Positions 47,660 to 57,112 of a DNA stretch of 64,000 bases are shown here, piece after piece. The stretch's first letter is position 1. Each line of letters begins with the position of its first letter. Origin of the DNA: an uncultured Acidobacteriota bacterium (GTDB lineage Bacteria; Acidobacteriota; Terriglobia; Terriglobales; Acidobacteriaceae); contig CAWIFC010000003.1 in NCBI GenBank assembly GCA_963835275.1, forward strand, positions 10,202 to 74,201, read 5' to 3'. The notes beneath the pieces were generated by a model that was not told the DNA's origin, did not search any database, and was given only the letters and a program-made list of their open reading frames with translations. The translations under genes and the position numbers were made by a program.

Positions 47660-49012
47660 TCAAACCGAAGCGCCTCGATGGGATCCAGCTTGGCGGCGCG
47701 GTTCGCCGGGTACAGGCCGAAGAACAACCCCACCGCTGTAGATATCGCCAACGATAAAATAACCGCACCGAGAGGGCACCTGCGACGGCACGGGTGTGAA
47801 GAACCTCACCAGGGCCGACAACATGTAGGCGATGGCGACTCCCGCCGCGCCGCCTACGGCCGCCATCACCGCCGATTCCACCAAAAACTGCATCAGGATA
47901 TCGAGCCTTCGGGCTCCCAGCGATTTGCGCACACCGATCTCGCGGGTGCGCTCGGTCACGCTGGCAAGCATCACGTTCATGATCACGACGCCACCAATCA
48001 GCAGAAACACCGAAACCACGCCCACCATGGTTTTGGCGATGGCGCCGGTCAGGTTTTTCCATAAGCCCATGATCGTGTCAGACGCAAGAATGCCGAAACT
48101 GTCATCGGCGTTGGGATCGAGGTGGCGGCGGGCGCGCATGATGGTGCGGGCTTCGTTTTCGGTTTCTCGCATCCACTCCGGGCCGCGACCCTGGATGTTA
48201 ATGGCAATATCCTGGTTCCGTTCTCCGTACACCTTCAGCCAGGTCCGGATCGGGATGTAGGCAAAGTCGTCCTGGGATTGCCCGAACACGGTTCCAATCG
48301 CTTTGGCTACCCCAACCACTTCGAAGCCGCGTCCGTCGATGTAAATCGTTTTACCGATGGGATCGACGGTCGGAAACATCCGCTTGGAGACTTCTTGCCC
48401 GATGAACGTAACCTGGGTCCGGTTGTCATTGTCGGCATCGGTGACGTAGCGCCCACTCTCGGGTTCCTCCACATCCATGTCCGCGATATTGGCGGTTACG
48501 CCGCGGATGTTGATGTCTTCCATGGTTTGCGTCCCCAAGCGCACTTTGCCTTGCGTGCGAACCTCCAGGCCGACGGCTTTCGGCAGCCTCATGTTGTCAT
48601 GCAAAGCCTGGAAATCGTCCCAAGTGATGTTGCGATTGCGGCGCATCGCTTTGAAAAAATCCTGCTGATTGGTGATGATGGGGAAGCGCACGACGAGGAA
48701 GACGTTGGACCCGAGATTGGCGACCCGATCCTGAATGTAGTGGTCCGCACCGGCGATCACGGAAACCACGAAGATCAGCACCGCTACTGACAGGGTCACG
48801 CCCAGCAGGGTCAGGGCGGAGCGCAGTTTGTGAGCGCGCAACGCTTGCAGCGCCTCAAGCGCAGGATCGCGGAAGATCGTACCGTGGTGTCTGAGCCGCT
48901 GTCCAGTTCGCGAGACAGCAGAGTTCCCAAGCTGTCCTCGAGGAACCGTTGCGTCGATTACTGCAGAGTCCGTATGCGCCACCCAGACCACCGCCTGCCT
49001 TCGCCCACTCAT
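47660..49012 (-). CDS. MacB-like ABC transporter permease (second copy)
   Basis: [30 protein letters not shown] and [16 protein letters not shown]. The start is tentatively ATG 49012, although the ORF extends to 49075. Confidence 0.8.
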   Translation of the reverse strand: MSGRRQAVVWVAHTDSAVIDATVPRGQLGNSAVSRTGQRLRHHGTIFRDPALEALQALRAHKLRSALTLLGVTLSVAVLIFVVSVIAGADHYIQDRVANLGSNVFLVVRFPIITNQQDFFKAMRRNRNITWDDFQALHDNMRLPKAVGLEVRTQGKVRLGTQTMEDINIRGVTANIADMDVEEPESGRYVTDADNDNRTQVTFIGQEVSKRMFPTVDPIGKTIYIDGRGFEVVGVAKAIGTVFGQSQDDFAYIPIRTWLKVYGERNQDIAINIQGRGPEWMRETENEARTIMRARRHLDPNADDSFGILASDTIMGLWKNLTGAIAKTMVGVVSVFLLIGGVVIMNVMLASVTERTREIGVRKSLGARRLDILMQFLVESAVMAAVGGAAGVAIAYMLSALVRFFTPVPSQVPSRCGYFIVGDIYSGGVVLRPVPGEPRRQAGSHRGASV

Positions 49013-49133
49013 CGTATACGAATGCCGTCGAAAATAGTTCCTGCTAGATTGACGAAGTAGCAGGCAAAAAGACACTTCGCCGGAGGAACCGGGACGCGAG
49101 CGAGGTTCTGGAGACTACTGCGCGGGAGGAACG

Positions 49134-49640
49134 CTACTTGAACAGATCCGCGCCGGCTTTGGCGCATTGGGCGTCCTGTGCGCTGGTAGCGCCCGAAACC
49201 CCAATCGCTCCAACGATCTTGCCATCAATCAGGAGCGGGATGCCACCTTCGATGGGGGTTGCGCCCTGTAGGCGAAGAAGACGCAGGCCGTCTCCACCGG
49301 CCGCCAGCGCATCCTGGAAGGCCTTGGTCGGCCGCTTGAAGAGCGCGGCGGAGCGCGCCTTGTCAATGGCAACGTTGGCGCTTCCGAGTTGGGTGTTATC
49401 CATTTTCTCGTAATAAACCAGATTGCCTGCGGGATCGACTATCGCCACGGCAACCGACCAATTGTTCTTCGCGGCTTCCGCCAGTGACGGCGCAGCCGCC
49501 TTCTTGGCATTGTCCAGACTGATCGACGGGCCGTAGGGATTGGGCATCTGGGCGAACGCGCCGGTTAACGGGAAAGCCATGACCACTAGGGCGACAATCG
49601 ATCTTGTCGCCTTCATCGCTGCCATTGATTTCAGTGACAT
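49134..49640 (-). CDS. GlcG/HbpS-like (DUF336) haem-binding family protein, secreted
   Basis: AVAIVDPAGNLVYYEKMDN...GGIPLLIDGKIVGAIGVSG matches the GlcG/DUF336 pattern. A signal peptide is present. Confidence 0.8.
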   Translation of the reverse strand: MSLKSMAAMKATRSIVALVVMAFPLTGAFAQMPNPYGPSISLDNAKKAAAPSLAEAAKNNWSVAVAIVDPAGNLVYYEKMDNTQLGSANVAIDKARSAALFKRPTKAFQDALAAGGDGLRLLRLQGATPIEGGIPLLIDGKIVGAIGVSGATSAQDAQCAKAGADLFK

Positions 49641-49835
49641 TGGTTGATTCTCCTCGGGATTGAGCTGGTGAAACTCTTTGGCTAGCCTCAGTTGTCAAAC
49701 CAGGCCAGGAAGCGCAATGTCCTTGTCACTTTATCGTAGTCGGGGTGGAACCAGTCAAAATTTTTCGGGTCGGCCCGCATCCCATGCCGCGACAGATCTT
49801 GTCGATAAGAAAAACTGGAATAGGAGACAACCGGG

Positions 49836-50342
49836 CTATGCAGATCTTTCGTGTGCCGGAGACGGAGTGAAGAGAATTTCGATGACCAGCAACCCCGCTC
49901 CGACGACGATCGCACTATCGGCTACGTTAAACGCAGGCCACTGATATTGGCCGATGTAGAAGAGCAGAAAGTCGACCACACGGCCGTTGAGCACCCGGTC
50001 CCAGAGATTTCCGAGGGCGCCGCCGAGAATGAGGGCGAGGCCGATTCCGGTGGTGGACAGGGAATGGCTGTTCCGCCAAAGCAATGCGGAGACGACGACC
50101 AAGGCCACAATCGAAAACAGCACCAGCATGGCAATCTTCCATTGCGCGGGCGAGTCGGCAAACAAGCCAAAGGCTGCCCCGCGATTTTCCACATGCGTAA
50201 TACGGAAGAACCCGGGAATCACTTGCCTGCCATCGTGCAATGAGATGTTTTTCGCGACCAGCCACTTGGTGACGCGATCCAGCAAAACCACCGCGAAGGC
50301 GATGAGAAAGTGGAACCGGCGGATGCCGTAGTGATCGCTCAT
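49836..50342 (-). CDS. lspA: lipoprotein signal peptidase (signal peptidase II)
   Basis: DRVTKWLV, NRGAAFGL, VVDFL and FNVADSAI. Confidence 0.9.
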   Translation of the reverse strand: MSDHYGIRRFHFLIAFAVVLLDRVTKWLVAKNISLHDGRQVIPGFFRITHVENRGAAFGLFADSPAQWKIAMLVLFSIVALVVVSALLWRNSHSLSTTGIGLALILGGALGNLWDRVLNGRVVDFLLFYIGQYQWPAFNVADSAIVVGAGLLVIEILFTPSPAHERSA

Positions 50343-50799
50343 CGGTGTCTACCAGACCTCAGGCTGCGGGATTCGCGGCGGAAGTATTCCGAGGAATCCG
50401 GCAAAGGCAGCTTGACGGAAAGGGGGTGGGAGGCGGATTGCAAGTGAATTCTAACCTCGAGCGGCACTCGGTCGGTAACTCCCAAATGGTTGATTTTTTT
50501 CATTATAGGGAGCGCCGGGTCGCACGTCCATCGGGCTTTAGGTACCTTGGGAGAGGGAGCCCCAAAACCACTGTGGAAAAGGGAGTGAAAAAGTGTACAA
50601 TTTTGTTACATGCCGTTTCTTCAGCCTCAGCATCTAAACTGAGGGTGACTGCGACAGGCCACATTCCTGGAATCAGCAGAGGGATGAATTGGTGGTATGG
50701 AATGAGTTATTGGCGCCGCTAAGCAACTTGTAGCGTTGTCCGCTCATCAAGCTTAGTTGGGGCGGCGTTTCGGTCGCTGCGCGAGGACTCGGGTCAAAT

Positions 50800-51798
50800 A
50801 TGGCAACAGACAACATTCAGCCCATGCCGGGAGGCGAACCCGAACTGAATCTGCTGCTGTCCAAGAGCGACTTGGATCAGCCGCTGTGGAAGTCCCTGTT
50901 TCAGGGGTTGGACGAACTGTTCTTTCCCAAGAAGCAGGCGCCGCTGGTGCTGACGTCCAAGCCGATTCCGGTCCGGGATATTTGGGGATTCTACGATTAC
51001 AAGAAAAACGGCGCACTGGGTTCGACGATAGTGCACCTTCTCGCGGTAGCTGTGATCATCGGTGGAACCATACTGGGCCGGCGGGTGGTGCAGCAGATCA
51101 CAAAACCAGCAGAGGTGGTGACGCTGATCGCTCCCGACGATATTCCTCCGCTCGAACCTTCGAAAACGCAATCTGGCGGCGGTGGTGGTGGTGGTGACCG
51201 CGACAAGTTCCAGGCGTCGAAAGGCAGGCTGCCCAAGCTATCGATGCAGCAGATCACTCCGCCGATGGTGGTGGTCCGCAACCCAAATCCGAAATTGGCG
51301 GTCGAGCCTACCATCGTGATCCCGCCGGAAGTTCATTTAGCGATGAACAACATGCCGAACCTGGGCGATCCCATGTCGCACTTGCCCTCGGGGCCGCCAT
51401 CGAATGGTACGGGTTCAGGCGGTGGCATTGGCTCGGGAAATGGCGGTGGCGTGGGCTCGGGTGAAGGACCGGGGTTTGGTCCGGGCCACGGCGGTGGGAC
51501 TGGCGGTGGAGCGTTCAAAGTTGGCGGCGGAGTATCCGCGCCGAAAGCAATTTATGCGCCTGATCCGGAGTACTCCGAGGAAGCGCGCAAGGCGAAGTAT
51601 CAGGGGACGTGCGTTCTATGGTTAGTCGTCGGTCCGGACGGCAGGGCGCGCGATATTCGCGTGGCTCGCACGCTTGGTCTGGGACTGGACGAGAAGGCCA
51701 TGGAAGCGGTGAAGACCTGGAAGTTTGAGCCGGCGATGAAGGATGGTAAGCCGGTTGCCGTGCAGATTAACGTGGAAGTCACCTTCCGCTTGTACTGA
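50800..51798 (+). CDS. TonB-family energy transducer
   Basis: One TM segment, a Gly/Pro-rich spacer, and the C-terminal TonB domain YPEEARKAKYQGTCVLWLVVGPDGRARDIRVARTLGLGLDEKAMEAVKTWKFEPA. Confidence 0.85.
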   Translation: MATDNIQPMPGGEPELNLLLSKSDLDQPLWKSLFQGLDELFFPKKQAPLVLTSKPIPVRDIWGFYDYKKNGALGSTIVHLLAVAVIIGGTILGRRVVQQITKPAEVVTLIAPDDIPPLEPSKTQSGGGGGGGDRDKFQASKGRLPKLSMQQITPPMVVVRNPNPKLAVEPTIVIPPEVHLAMNNMPNLGDPMSHLPSGPPSNGTGSGGGIGSGNGGGVGSGEGPGFGPGHGGGTGGGAFKVGGGVSAPKAIYAPDPEYSEEARKAKYQGTCVLWLVVGPDGRARDIRVARTLGLGLDEKAMEAVKTWKFEPAMKDGKPVAVQINVEVTFRLY

Positions 51799-51848
51799 TT
51801 CGAATTTCGTACTTATGAAAGGGCCGCGGAGATCTCACGGCCCTTTTT

Positions 51849-52556
51849 CTATTCCTTCTGATGGCGCAGGACTGCGTACTGCAACAATGCACGTCTTGCG
51901 AATCCGAGGCGCTCATAGACTTGAATGGCTCGAAGGTTTTCTGGCCGGACGTGGAGGAACGGCAACTCATTCCGGCTGTCGATGCGGTCCATGAGTACCG
52001 CGATCAGAGCGCTTGCATAGCCGTGACCCAGATGGTCCGGATGCGTGCACACCGCGCTAATCTCGGTGTAGCCGGGCAGCCGTAGCCGCTCGCCAGCCAT
52101 CGCCGCCAGTGTTCCTCCACGGCGGGTGCCAAGATAGCTCCCCATCTCGAGGGTTCGCGCGCTAAATGGTCCCGGCTTCGTGAGCCGGGTGAGGGCCAGC
52201 ATTTCCGTCACGTCGGCGTCGGTTAGCCGAAGAAATTTCTGGTTTGAGCGTTCTCCAGTTGCATGTGGCTCAGGGCGGCTGGAGCGGGGATTTTCACAAA
52301 GCATCTGGACCACCGGGATGGTTTTGACCACGACCCACGGCGCGGGTGCGTAGGGTGCACCTTGCAGAAACAGCCCAACCGGTTCATCCGGACTCAGCAA
52401 AGTGGCGAGGGAATCATAGTTCTCGGGTGTGGGATCGGAAAAGCCTGCGAGCACACTCACGTCACGCCGGAACCTTCGCGCTCCGCCGCGGGCTTCGGCG
52501 AAGCTCGCTTGCGTGGTGGTGAGCGCTTGCCAAATCGGATTGTCGAGTGGATGCAT
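51849..52556 (-). CDS. GNAT-family N-acetyltransferase
   Basis: MHPLDNPIWQALTT... and an acetyl-CoA-site-like region VCTHPDHLGHGYASALI. Confidence 0.75.
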   Translation of the reverse strand: MHPLDNPIWQALTTTQASFAEARGGARRFRRDVSVLAGFSDPTPENYDSLATLLSPDEPVGLFLQGAPYAPAPWVVVKTIPVVQMLCENPRSSRPEPHATGERSNQKFLRLTDADVTEMLALTRLTKPGPFSARTLEMGSYLGTRRGGTLAAMAGERLRLPGYTEISAVCTHPDHLGHGYASALIAVLMDRIDSRNELPFLHVRPENLRAIQVYERLGFARRALLQYAVLRHQKE

Positions 52557-52645
52557 TGTCTGCGAGGTCAGAGTAATTTCGTAGCGGCATCGCTGTCCAT
52601 CCGGGTCTTGCGCTTAAACTAAAACGCTGGGTCTTGGTTCGCGGA

Positions 52646-53470
52646 TTACTCAGCCAGATCCACGTGTTGCACATTATCGATGGGATGTCCGAGGAATTGC
52701 GCGCCGAGGCGGCGGAACTTTTCCGCTGAGTCGGTTGCGAAACATTTCAGTCGAGGCAACTGGCGGCGCTCGACTTCAGGCGCGGAGGGCAGTGCAGTGC
52801 GGCGCAGCAGCCTGCCGACGGCATCGGCGGTGGCGTCGGCGGAGTCGACGATCTTCACATGCTTGGGAGCGACCTTGTGCAGCACCGGTTGGATGAGTGG
52901 ATAGTGCGTGCAGCCCAGCAGAAGCACATCGGCCGATTTGAACCCGTCGGTAAAGGCTTCTTTGAGATAAATACGGGCCACCTCTTCAGTCACTGGATGA
53001 TCGATCCAGCCCTCCTCTACCAACGGCACCAGTAATGGGCAAGCCTTTTCTCTGGCCTCGACGCCTCGAGTTTCAAGGGCCTTCAAATAAGCATGGCTGC
53101 TGACCGTAGCTTCGGTGCCAATCACGACGACCTTCTTGTTCTCACTCTCGCCGGCAGCGCGCTCGGCACCCGGTTCGATCACGCCTACAACGGGAACCGT
53201 TGCCGCTTGGGTGATCTTGTCCAGGGCCAGAGCCGTGGCCGTGTTGCACGCGATGACTAGCGTCTGTGCGCCCTGCTGTTCGAGAAAGTGCGCTGCGCCA
53301 ACAGCATACCTGGCCACGGTTTCCGCAGACTTCGAGCCGTAGGGCAGTCGCGCGGTGTCGCCGAAGTAGAGGTAGTCGGCGTCAGGGATTAATCGAAGCA
53401 GCGCTTTGAGGACCGTCAGTCCACCAAAGCCGGAGTCGAAAACGCCGATGCAAGTTCTGCGGGTGGTCAT
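52646..53470 (-). CDS. murI: glutamate racemase
   Basis: IGVFDSGFGGLTVL, ACNTA and GCTHYPL carry the two catalytic Cys motifs. Trimmed to ATG 53470. Confidence 0.92.
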   Translation of the reverse strand: MTTRRTCIGVFDSGFGGLTVLKALLRLIPDADYLYFGDTARLPYGSKSAETVARYAVGAAHFLEQQGAQTLVIACNTATALALDKITQAATVPVVGVIEPGAERAAGESENKKVVVIGTEATVSSHAYLKALETRGVEAREKACPLLVPLVEEGWIDHPVTEEVARIYLKEAFTDGFKSADVLLLGCTHYPLIQPVLHKVAPKHVKIVDSADATADAVGRLLRRTALPSAPEVERRQLPRLKCFATDSAEKFRRLGAQFLGHPIDNVQHVDLAE

Positions 53471-53477
53471 GAAAAGA

Positions 53478-54704
53478 TCAGGAGTGCCGCTCGGAGTTCG
53501 CCAAAGACACACCGGCAAGGCTTCCGGTCCTGCCGCAACATGGTCCGGGCGGAATTAACGCGCCGTGCGGGCAGGTGCGGGGGTGGCCGAGGAATGCGCA
53601 GATCTTGTCGGTGGCTTCGGGGGAGAGGATATGCTCGAACTTGCAGGCTTGTTGCTCGATTTCGCTCTCGCTGTCCATGGCGAGGCTGTCGGTGAACAGG
53701 CGCTCGGCCAAACGGTGGCGGCGGATGATGTCGGCGGCACGCTGTCGGCCGCGGGGCGTGAATTCCACGATCAGGCTGCCGTCGCCGACCGAGACTCCGG
53801 TCGGCTTCAGGGCATCGTGGCAAGGATTCACGAACGGTTTGTGGTCGTGGGCTTCGGGCGGATGCGGCCTCGCCGTGACCAGGCCTAGCGCCATCATTTT
53901 TTCCACTGCGATGCTGACTGGGAGCGCCCCGTGTACTTCCATGCGGCCGACCTCGGCGATCTCGCCGTGTTCTTCCAGCGCCCACAGTTCTTCGAGCACC
54001 TCGTCGAACTGTTCCTCGTCGGCCATGGCGAAGACTTCTTGTACCGCGATCTTGCCGTGATGCAGTTCGATGCGGCGGTCGGCGAGGCGGGCGACGACAG
54101 GGTCGTGCGTCACCATCACGATGGTGCGTCCCTGCTGATGCAGTTCGCGAAGCAGGCGTAGGACAATCTCCTCGTTCACTGCGTCAAGGTTTCCCGTGGG
54201 CTCGTCGGCAAGCACGATCTTGGGATCGTTGATCAAGGCGCGCGCGATGCAGACACGCTGCTGTTCGCCCCCGGAAAGCTGCGACGGTACGTGATGAGCG
54301 CGCTCCTTTAGTCCCACGCGCTCCAAGGCTTCGAGCGCTTCCTGTTCATCCGTCATGCTATGGAAATACTGGGCCAGCATGACGTTTTCGAGCGCGGTCA
54401 GATAGGGAATCAGATGGAATTGCTGGAACACGAAGCCGATTTTTTCCGCGCGGACTCGATTCAGTTCACTTGCAGAAATGCGGGCGACGTCTTCGCCATC
54501 AAGCCAAATCTCGCCAGAGGTTGGACGATCCAGGCAGCCGATCAGATTTACTAATGTAGATTTGCCCGATCCGGAAGGGCCCATGATCGCGATCCACTCA
54601 CCGGGGTCGACGTTCAGGCAAAAATCGTCGAGGGCGCGGATGACACCGCCGTTGGCCTCGGCCTTGGCCGGGTAGAGGCGGCTGACATTTTTCAGCTTGA
54701 TCAT
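53478..54704 (-). CDS. ABC transporter ATP-binding protein (MacB/LolD type) fused to a C-terminal DtxR/MntR-like metal-dependent regulator module
   Basis: aa 1-222 carry [25 protein letters not shown] and VTHD. aa about 228-386 carry [15 protein letters not shown]...ALGLV (wHTH-like) and [19 protein letters not shown]...[35 protein letters not shown] (Fe_dep_repr_C-like). Confidence 0.8.
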   Translation of the reverse strand: MIKLKNVSRLYPAKAEANGGVIRALDDFCLNVDPGEWIAIMGPSGSGKSTLVNLIGCLDRPTSGEIWLDGEDVARISASELNRVRAEKIGFVFQQFHLIPYLTALENVMLAQYFHSMTDEQEALEALERVGLKERAHHVPSQLSGGEQQRVCIARALINDPKIVLADEPTGNLDAVNEEIVLRLLRELHQQGRTIVMVTHDPVVARLADRRIELHHGKIAVQEVFAMADEEQFDEVLEELWALEEHGEIAEVGRMEVHGALPVSIAVEKMMALGLVTARPHPPEAHDHKPFVNPCHDALKPTGVSVGDGSLIVEFTPRGRQRAADIIRRHRLAERLFTDSLAMDSESEIEQQACKFEHILSPEATDKICAFLGHPRTCPHGALIPPGPCCGRTGSLAGVSLANSERHS

Positions 54705-54705
54705 C

Positions 54706-55854
54706 TCACTCCCCTCTCAAGATCATAGCGGGTTGCACGCGCCGCAGCAGAAAAATCGGAAGCACGGCTGAAATCAAGGCCACAGCAACGCTGCCTACAA
54801 AGACCATCGGCAGGACGTTAAAGCGCGGCACCACCGGCGCATGGAAGTTTACCCGGCCGATCCACGCGGCGACTCCAACGCCAATGCCGAAACCGATGAT
54901 TGCTCCAAAGGCTCCTAAAGCGGCTGCTTCGGCGGCGAAGAACCCGCCGATCAGCCCTTCGGACGCGCCCAGGGCCTTCATGATGGCAAAGTCCCGCCGC
55001 CGGTCAAACACCCATCCCATCAAAGTAGATAGCACGCACAGAGCCGCTGTTGCGATGATCAGCACAGCGGCAGCCGCCAAGGTGGCGCGAGTCTTTCCCA
55101 ACACACGCGCTTCACCTTCCATGATCTGGCGGATGGGATGCACCTCTGCAGCCGGGAGGATCTGCGACAGTCTTTGAACCAGAGCACCGATTTCTTCAGA
55201 CGAACCAGAAGACGCAATTTCTATCGTCGATGGTTGAACTCCTGTCCAGCTTTCGAAATCGTTCAACGAAATATATATGCGGCTGTCTTCGGACGCTCCA
55301 GTGCGTAGGGTTCCGGCAGAGTTCAGGTGAACAGTACGTTCCTTGAAACTAAGGTCGAAAGGCCTTCCTTGTGGGCTGACTACCGCGGCTGCACGTGTCC
55401 CGATCAACGCATCTTGCGACACGTTAGGCCAAGCGGTTACCGACCACCAGCTGTCCAGCTTGCGAACCTGATCGAGATCGGTGCCGGAAACGACGACCGA
55501 CTGGCCGTCGGACGTGCGAGCCACTACATAGGCGAAGGGAACGGCCAGACCGTGCCCAGCGAGAGCGGCGTCAATTTTGCTGAGTGCGTCGGCGGGAAAT
55601 TCCTGGCCATCTTTCGCGACTACCACGATGTTCGCGCCGTAGTTGCGGAACTCCTTGCGCAGCTTGGCTTGCACGTCCACGTAGAGATTGAGCATGGCAG
55701 TGGCGACAGCGGCGGCAACCACCATCGCGAGCAAGGCAGACGCAGCGCGTCCACGGCGGAGCACGGCGGCGCGCATCAGCATGCGCAGAAACATCGAAGT
55801 GTGAGGCTTGGCTGCGCGGCGGTTGATGAGGTCCGAGTTTCGGTTCGAACTCAT
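54706..55854 (-). CDS. FtsX-like ABC transporter permease
   Basis: The N-terminal TM segment is followed by a periplasmic domain (KEFRNYGANIVVVAKDG) and three C-terminal TM segments containing DFAIMKALGAS. ATGA overlap with the upstream gene. Confidence 0.82.
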   Translation of the reverse strand: MSSNRNSDLINRRAAKPHTSMFLRMLMRAAVLRRGRAASALLAMVVAAAVATAMLNLYVDVQAKLRKEFRNYGANIVVVAKDGQEFPADALSKIDAALAGHGLAVPFAYVVARTSDGQSVVVSGTDLDQVRKLDSWWSVTAWPNVSQDALIGTRAAAVVSPQGRPFDLSFKERTVHLNSAGTLRTGASEDSRIYISLNDFESWTGVQPSTIEIASSGSSEEIGALVQRLSQILPAAEVHPIRQIMEGEARVLGKTRATLAAAAVLIIATAALCVLSTLMGWVFDRRRDFAIMKALGASEGLIGGFFAAEAAALGAFGAIIGFGIGVGVAAWIGRVNFHAPVVPRFNVLPMVFVGSVAVALISAVLPIFLLRRVQPAMILRGE

Positions 55855-57110
55855 GCTTCACCTTTCAGCGCGTAGACAGGGTCGAACTTGACGGCGCGGC
55901 GAATTGCCATTGCGCTGCCGGCGAAGGTTACGATCACAGCAATGGCCAGGATCACGGGGAAGAGAACAGGCTCAATGGTGATTTGGGAATCGAATATGGA
56001 GCGGCCGATCTGACGGGCGAGCAAGGCACCTCCCGCGAAGCCTACGACGCCGCCAATCAGCGCCAGCAGCAAGGCTTCCGCGAAGAACAAGGCTGCAACG
56101 GAAATATTCCCCGCCCCCAAAGCCTTCATCAGGCCAACCTCGCCGCGGCGCTCAAAAATGGCTGTCGCCATAGCGGCGGAGACCGCGAGTGCAGATGCGA
56201 AGAGCGCGGCCAAGGTGACCAAGAGCATCAGGCCTTTAATCCGCGAGAGTACCGTGCCTTCGTTCTGGGCTATTTGGCGAATCTGTTCCGCGTGCGAGTG
56301 CGGAATCGCCTCCTGCAACTGATAGGCAATGGAGGCTACGTACGGCGAGCAATACCAGCGGTCGAACATCTCCGGATTCATCGTCTTGGGATCGCGGCGG
56401 GACAGGGTATCTTCGGGCTTGGTCAGCGCACTCACGTAGAGGCGGCGCACGGCTCCAGGCTTGCCGAGAATCAGTTGGGCCAACGCGAGGGGAGCGACGA
56501 TCTGATTGTCTTCCGCTCCGCCAGTAGAAAGAATGCCGACAACGCGATGAGCTTGACCCGCGATTTCGATTTCATCTCCCGTCTTGTGCCCAAGTCTTGC
56601 GGCCAGACTCTCACCTAGCAACACGTCGGACGAGTTGTCGTCGGGCCATGCCCCTTGCACTTTCCACCAGGGATGGGTAATGCGCACTCCCGTTGCAAAA
56701 TCCTCTTTACCGAAAGTGAGCCGCTTTGAGAAGTAGGTCCCGAGCAAGGTGAGATTTGTCGCGTTGCTACCAATCCGTACGGGTACGGGGAGCATGGGGG
56801 CAAACCCCACGATGTTGTGATGCCAGAACGTGCCTCTAATCTTGGGTAAATCAGCTTCGTTGAGGTAGGCACCGTCGCTCGGCGGCTTCAGATCTACGCC
56901 GCCGATTTGAACGTCGAGAGTATCTTCCTGCGGAGTGACGATCAGGTTCGCGCCATAGCTGCGCAACTCGCGGCTGATCTTGTCGCCAATGTCGGTCGCA
57001 ACCGCGACCATCGCGGTAGCGACAGTGACGCCCAACGTGATCGCAACCCCCGCCAGCAGTTTGCGTCGTTTTTGTCGCCGGAAGGATTCGTAGACTAGGC
57101 GTCCGAACAT
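55851..57110 (-). CDS. FtsX-like ABC transporter permease
   Basis: MFGRLVYESFRRQKRRKLLAGVAITLGV, SRELRSYGANLIVTPQ and EVGLMKALGAG. Trimmed to ATG 57110, 2 nt after the FTR1 stop. Confidence 0.82.
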   Translation of the reverse strand: MFGRLVYESFRRQKRRKLLAGVAITLGVTVATAMVAVATDIGDKISRELRSYGANLIVTPQEDTLDVQIGGVDLKPPSDGAYLNEADLPKIRGTFWHHNIVGFAPMLPVPVRIGSNATNLTLLGTYFSKRLTFGKEDFATGVRITHPWWKVQGAWPDDNSSDVLLGESLAARLGHKTGDEIEIAGQAHRVVGILSTGGAEDNQIVAPLALAQLILGKPGAVRRLYVSALTKPEDTLSRRDPKTMNPEMFDRWYCSPYVASIAYQLQEAIPHSHAEQIRQIAQNEGTVLSRIKGLMLLVTLAALFASALAVSAAMATAIFERRGEVGLMKALGAGNISVAALFFAEALLLALIGGVVGFAGGALLARQIGRSIFDSQITIEPVLFPVILAIAVIVTFAGSAMAIRRAVKFDPVYALKGEA

Positions 57111-57112
57111 GG

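Noticed and set aside
50594-50610. tgtacaattttgttaca upstream of the TonB gene as a possible operator (Fur- or LexA-like).
   Set aside because: Only the outer TGTA/TACA 4 bp are truly symmetric. It resembles neither the Fur box nor the LexA consensus variants I recall. Its AT-richness alone is not enough evidence.
51176-51530. Gly-rich tracts (ggcggcggtggtggtggtggt; GSGGGIGSGNGGGVGSGEGPGFGPGHGGGTGGG) as a possible independent repeat element.
   Set aside because: They are in frame within the TonB spacer region, where Pro/Gly-rich low complexity is the norm.
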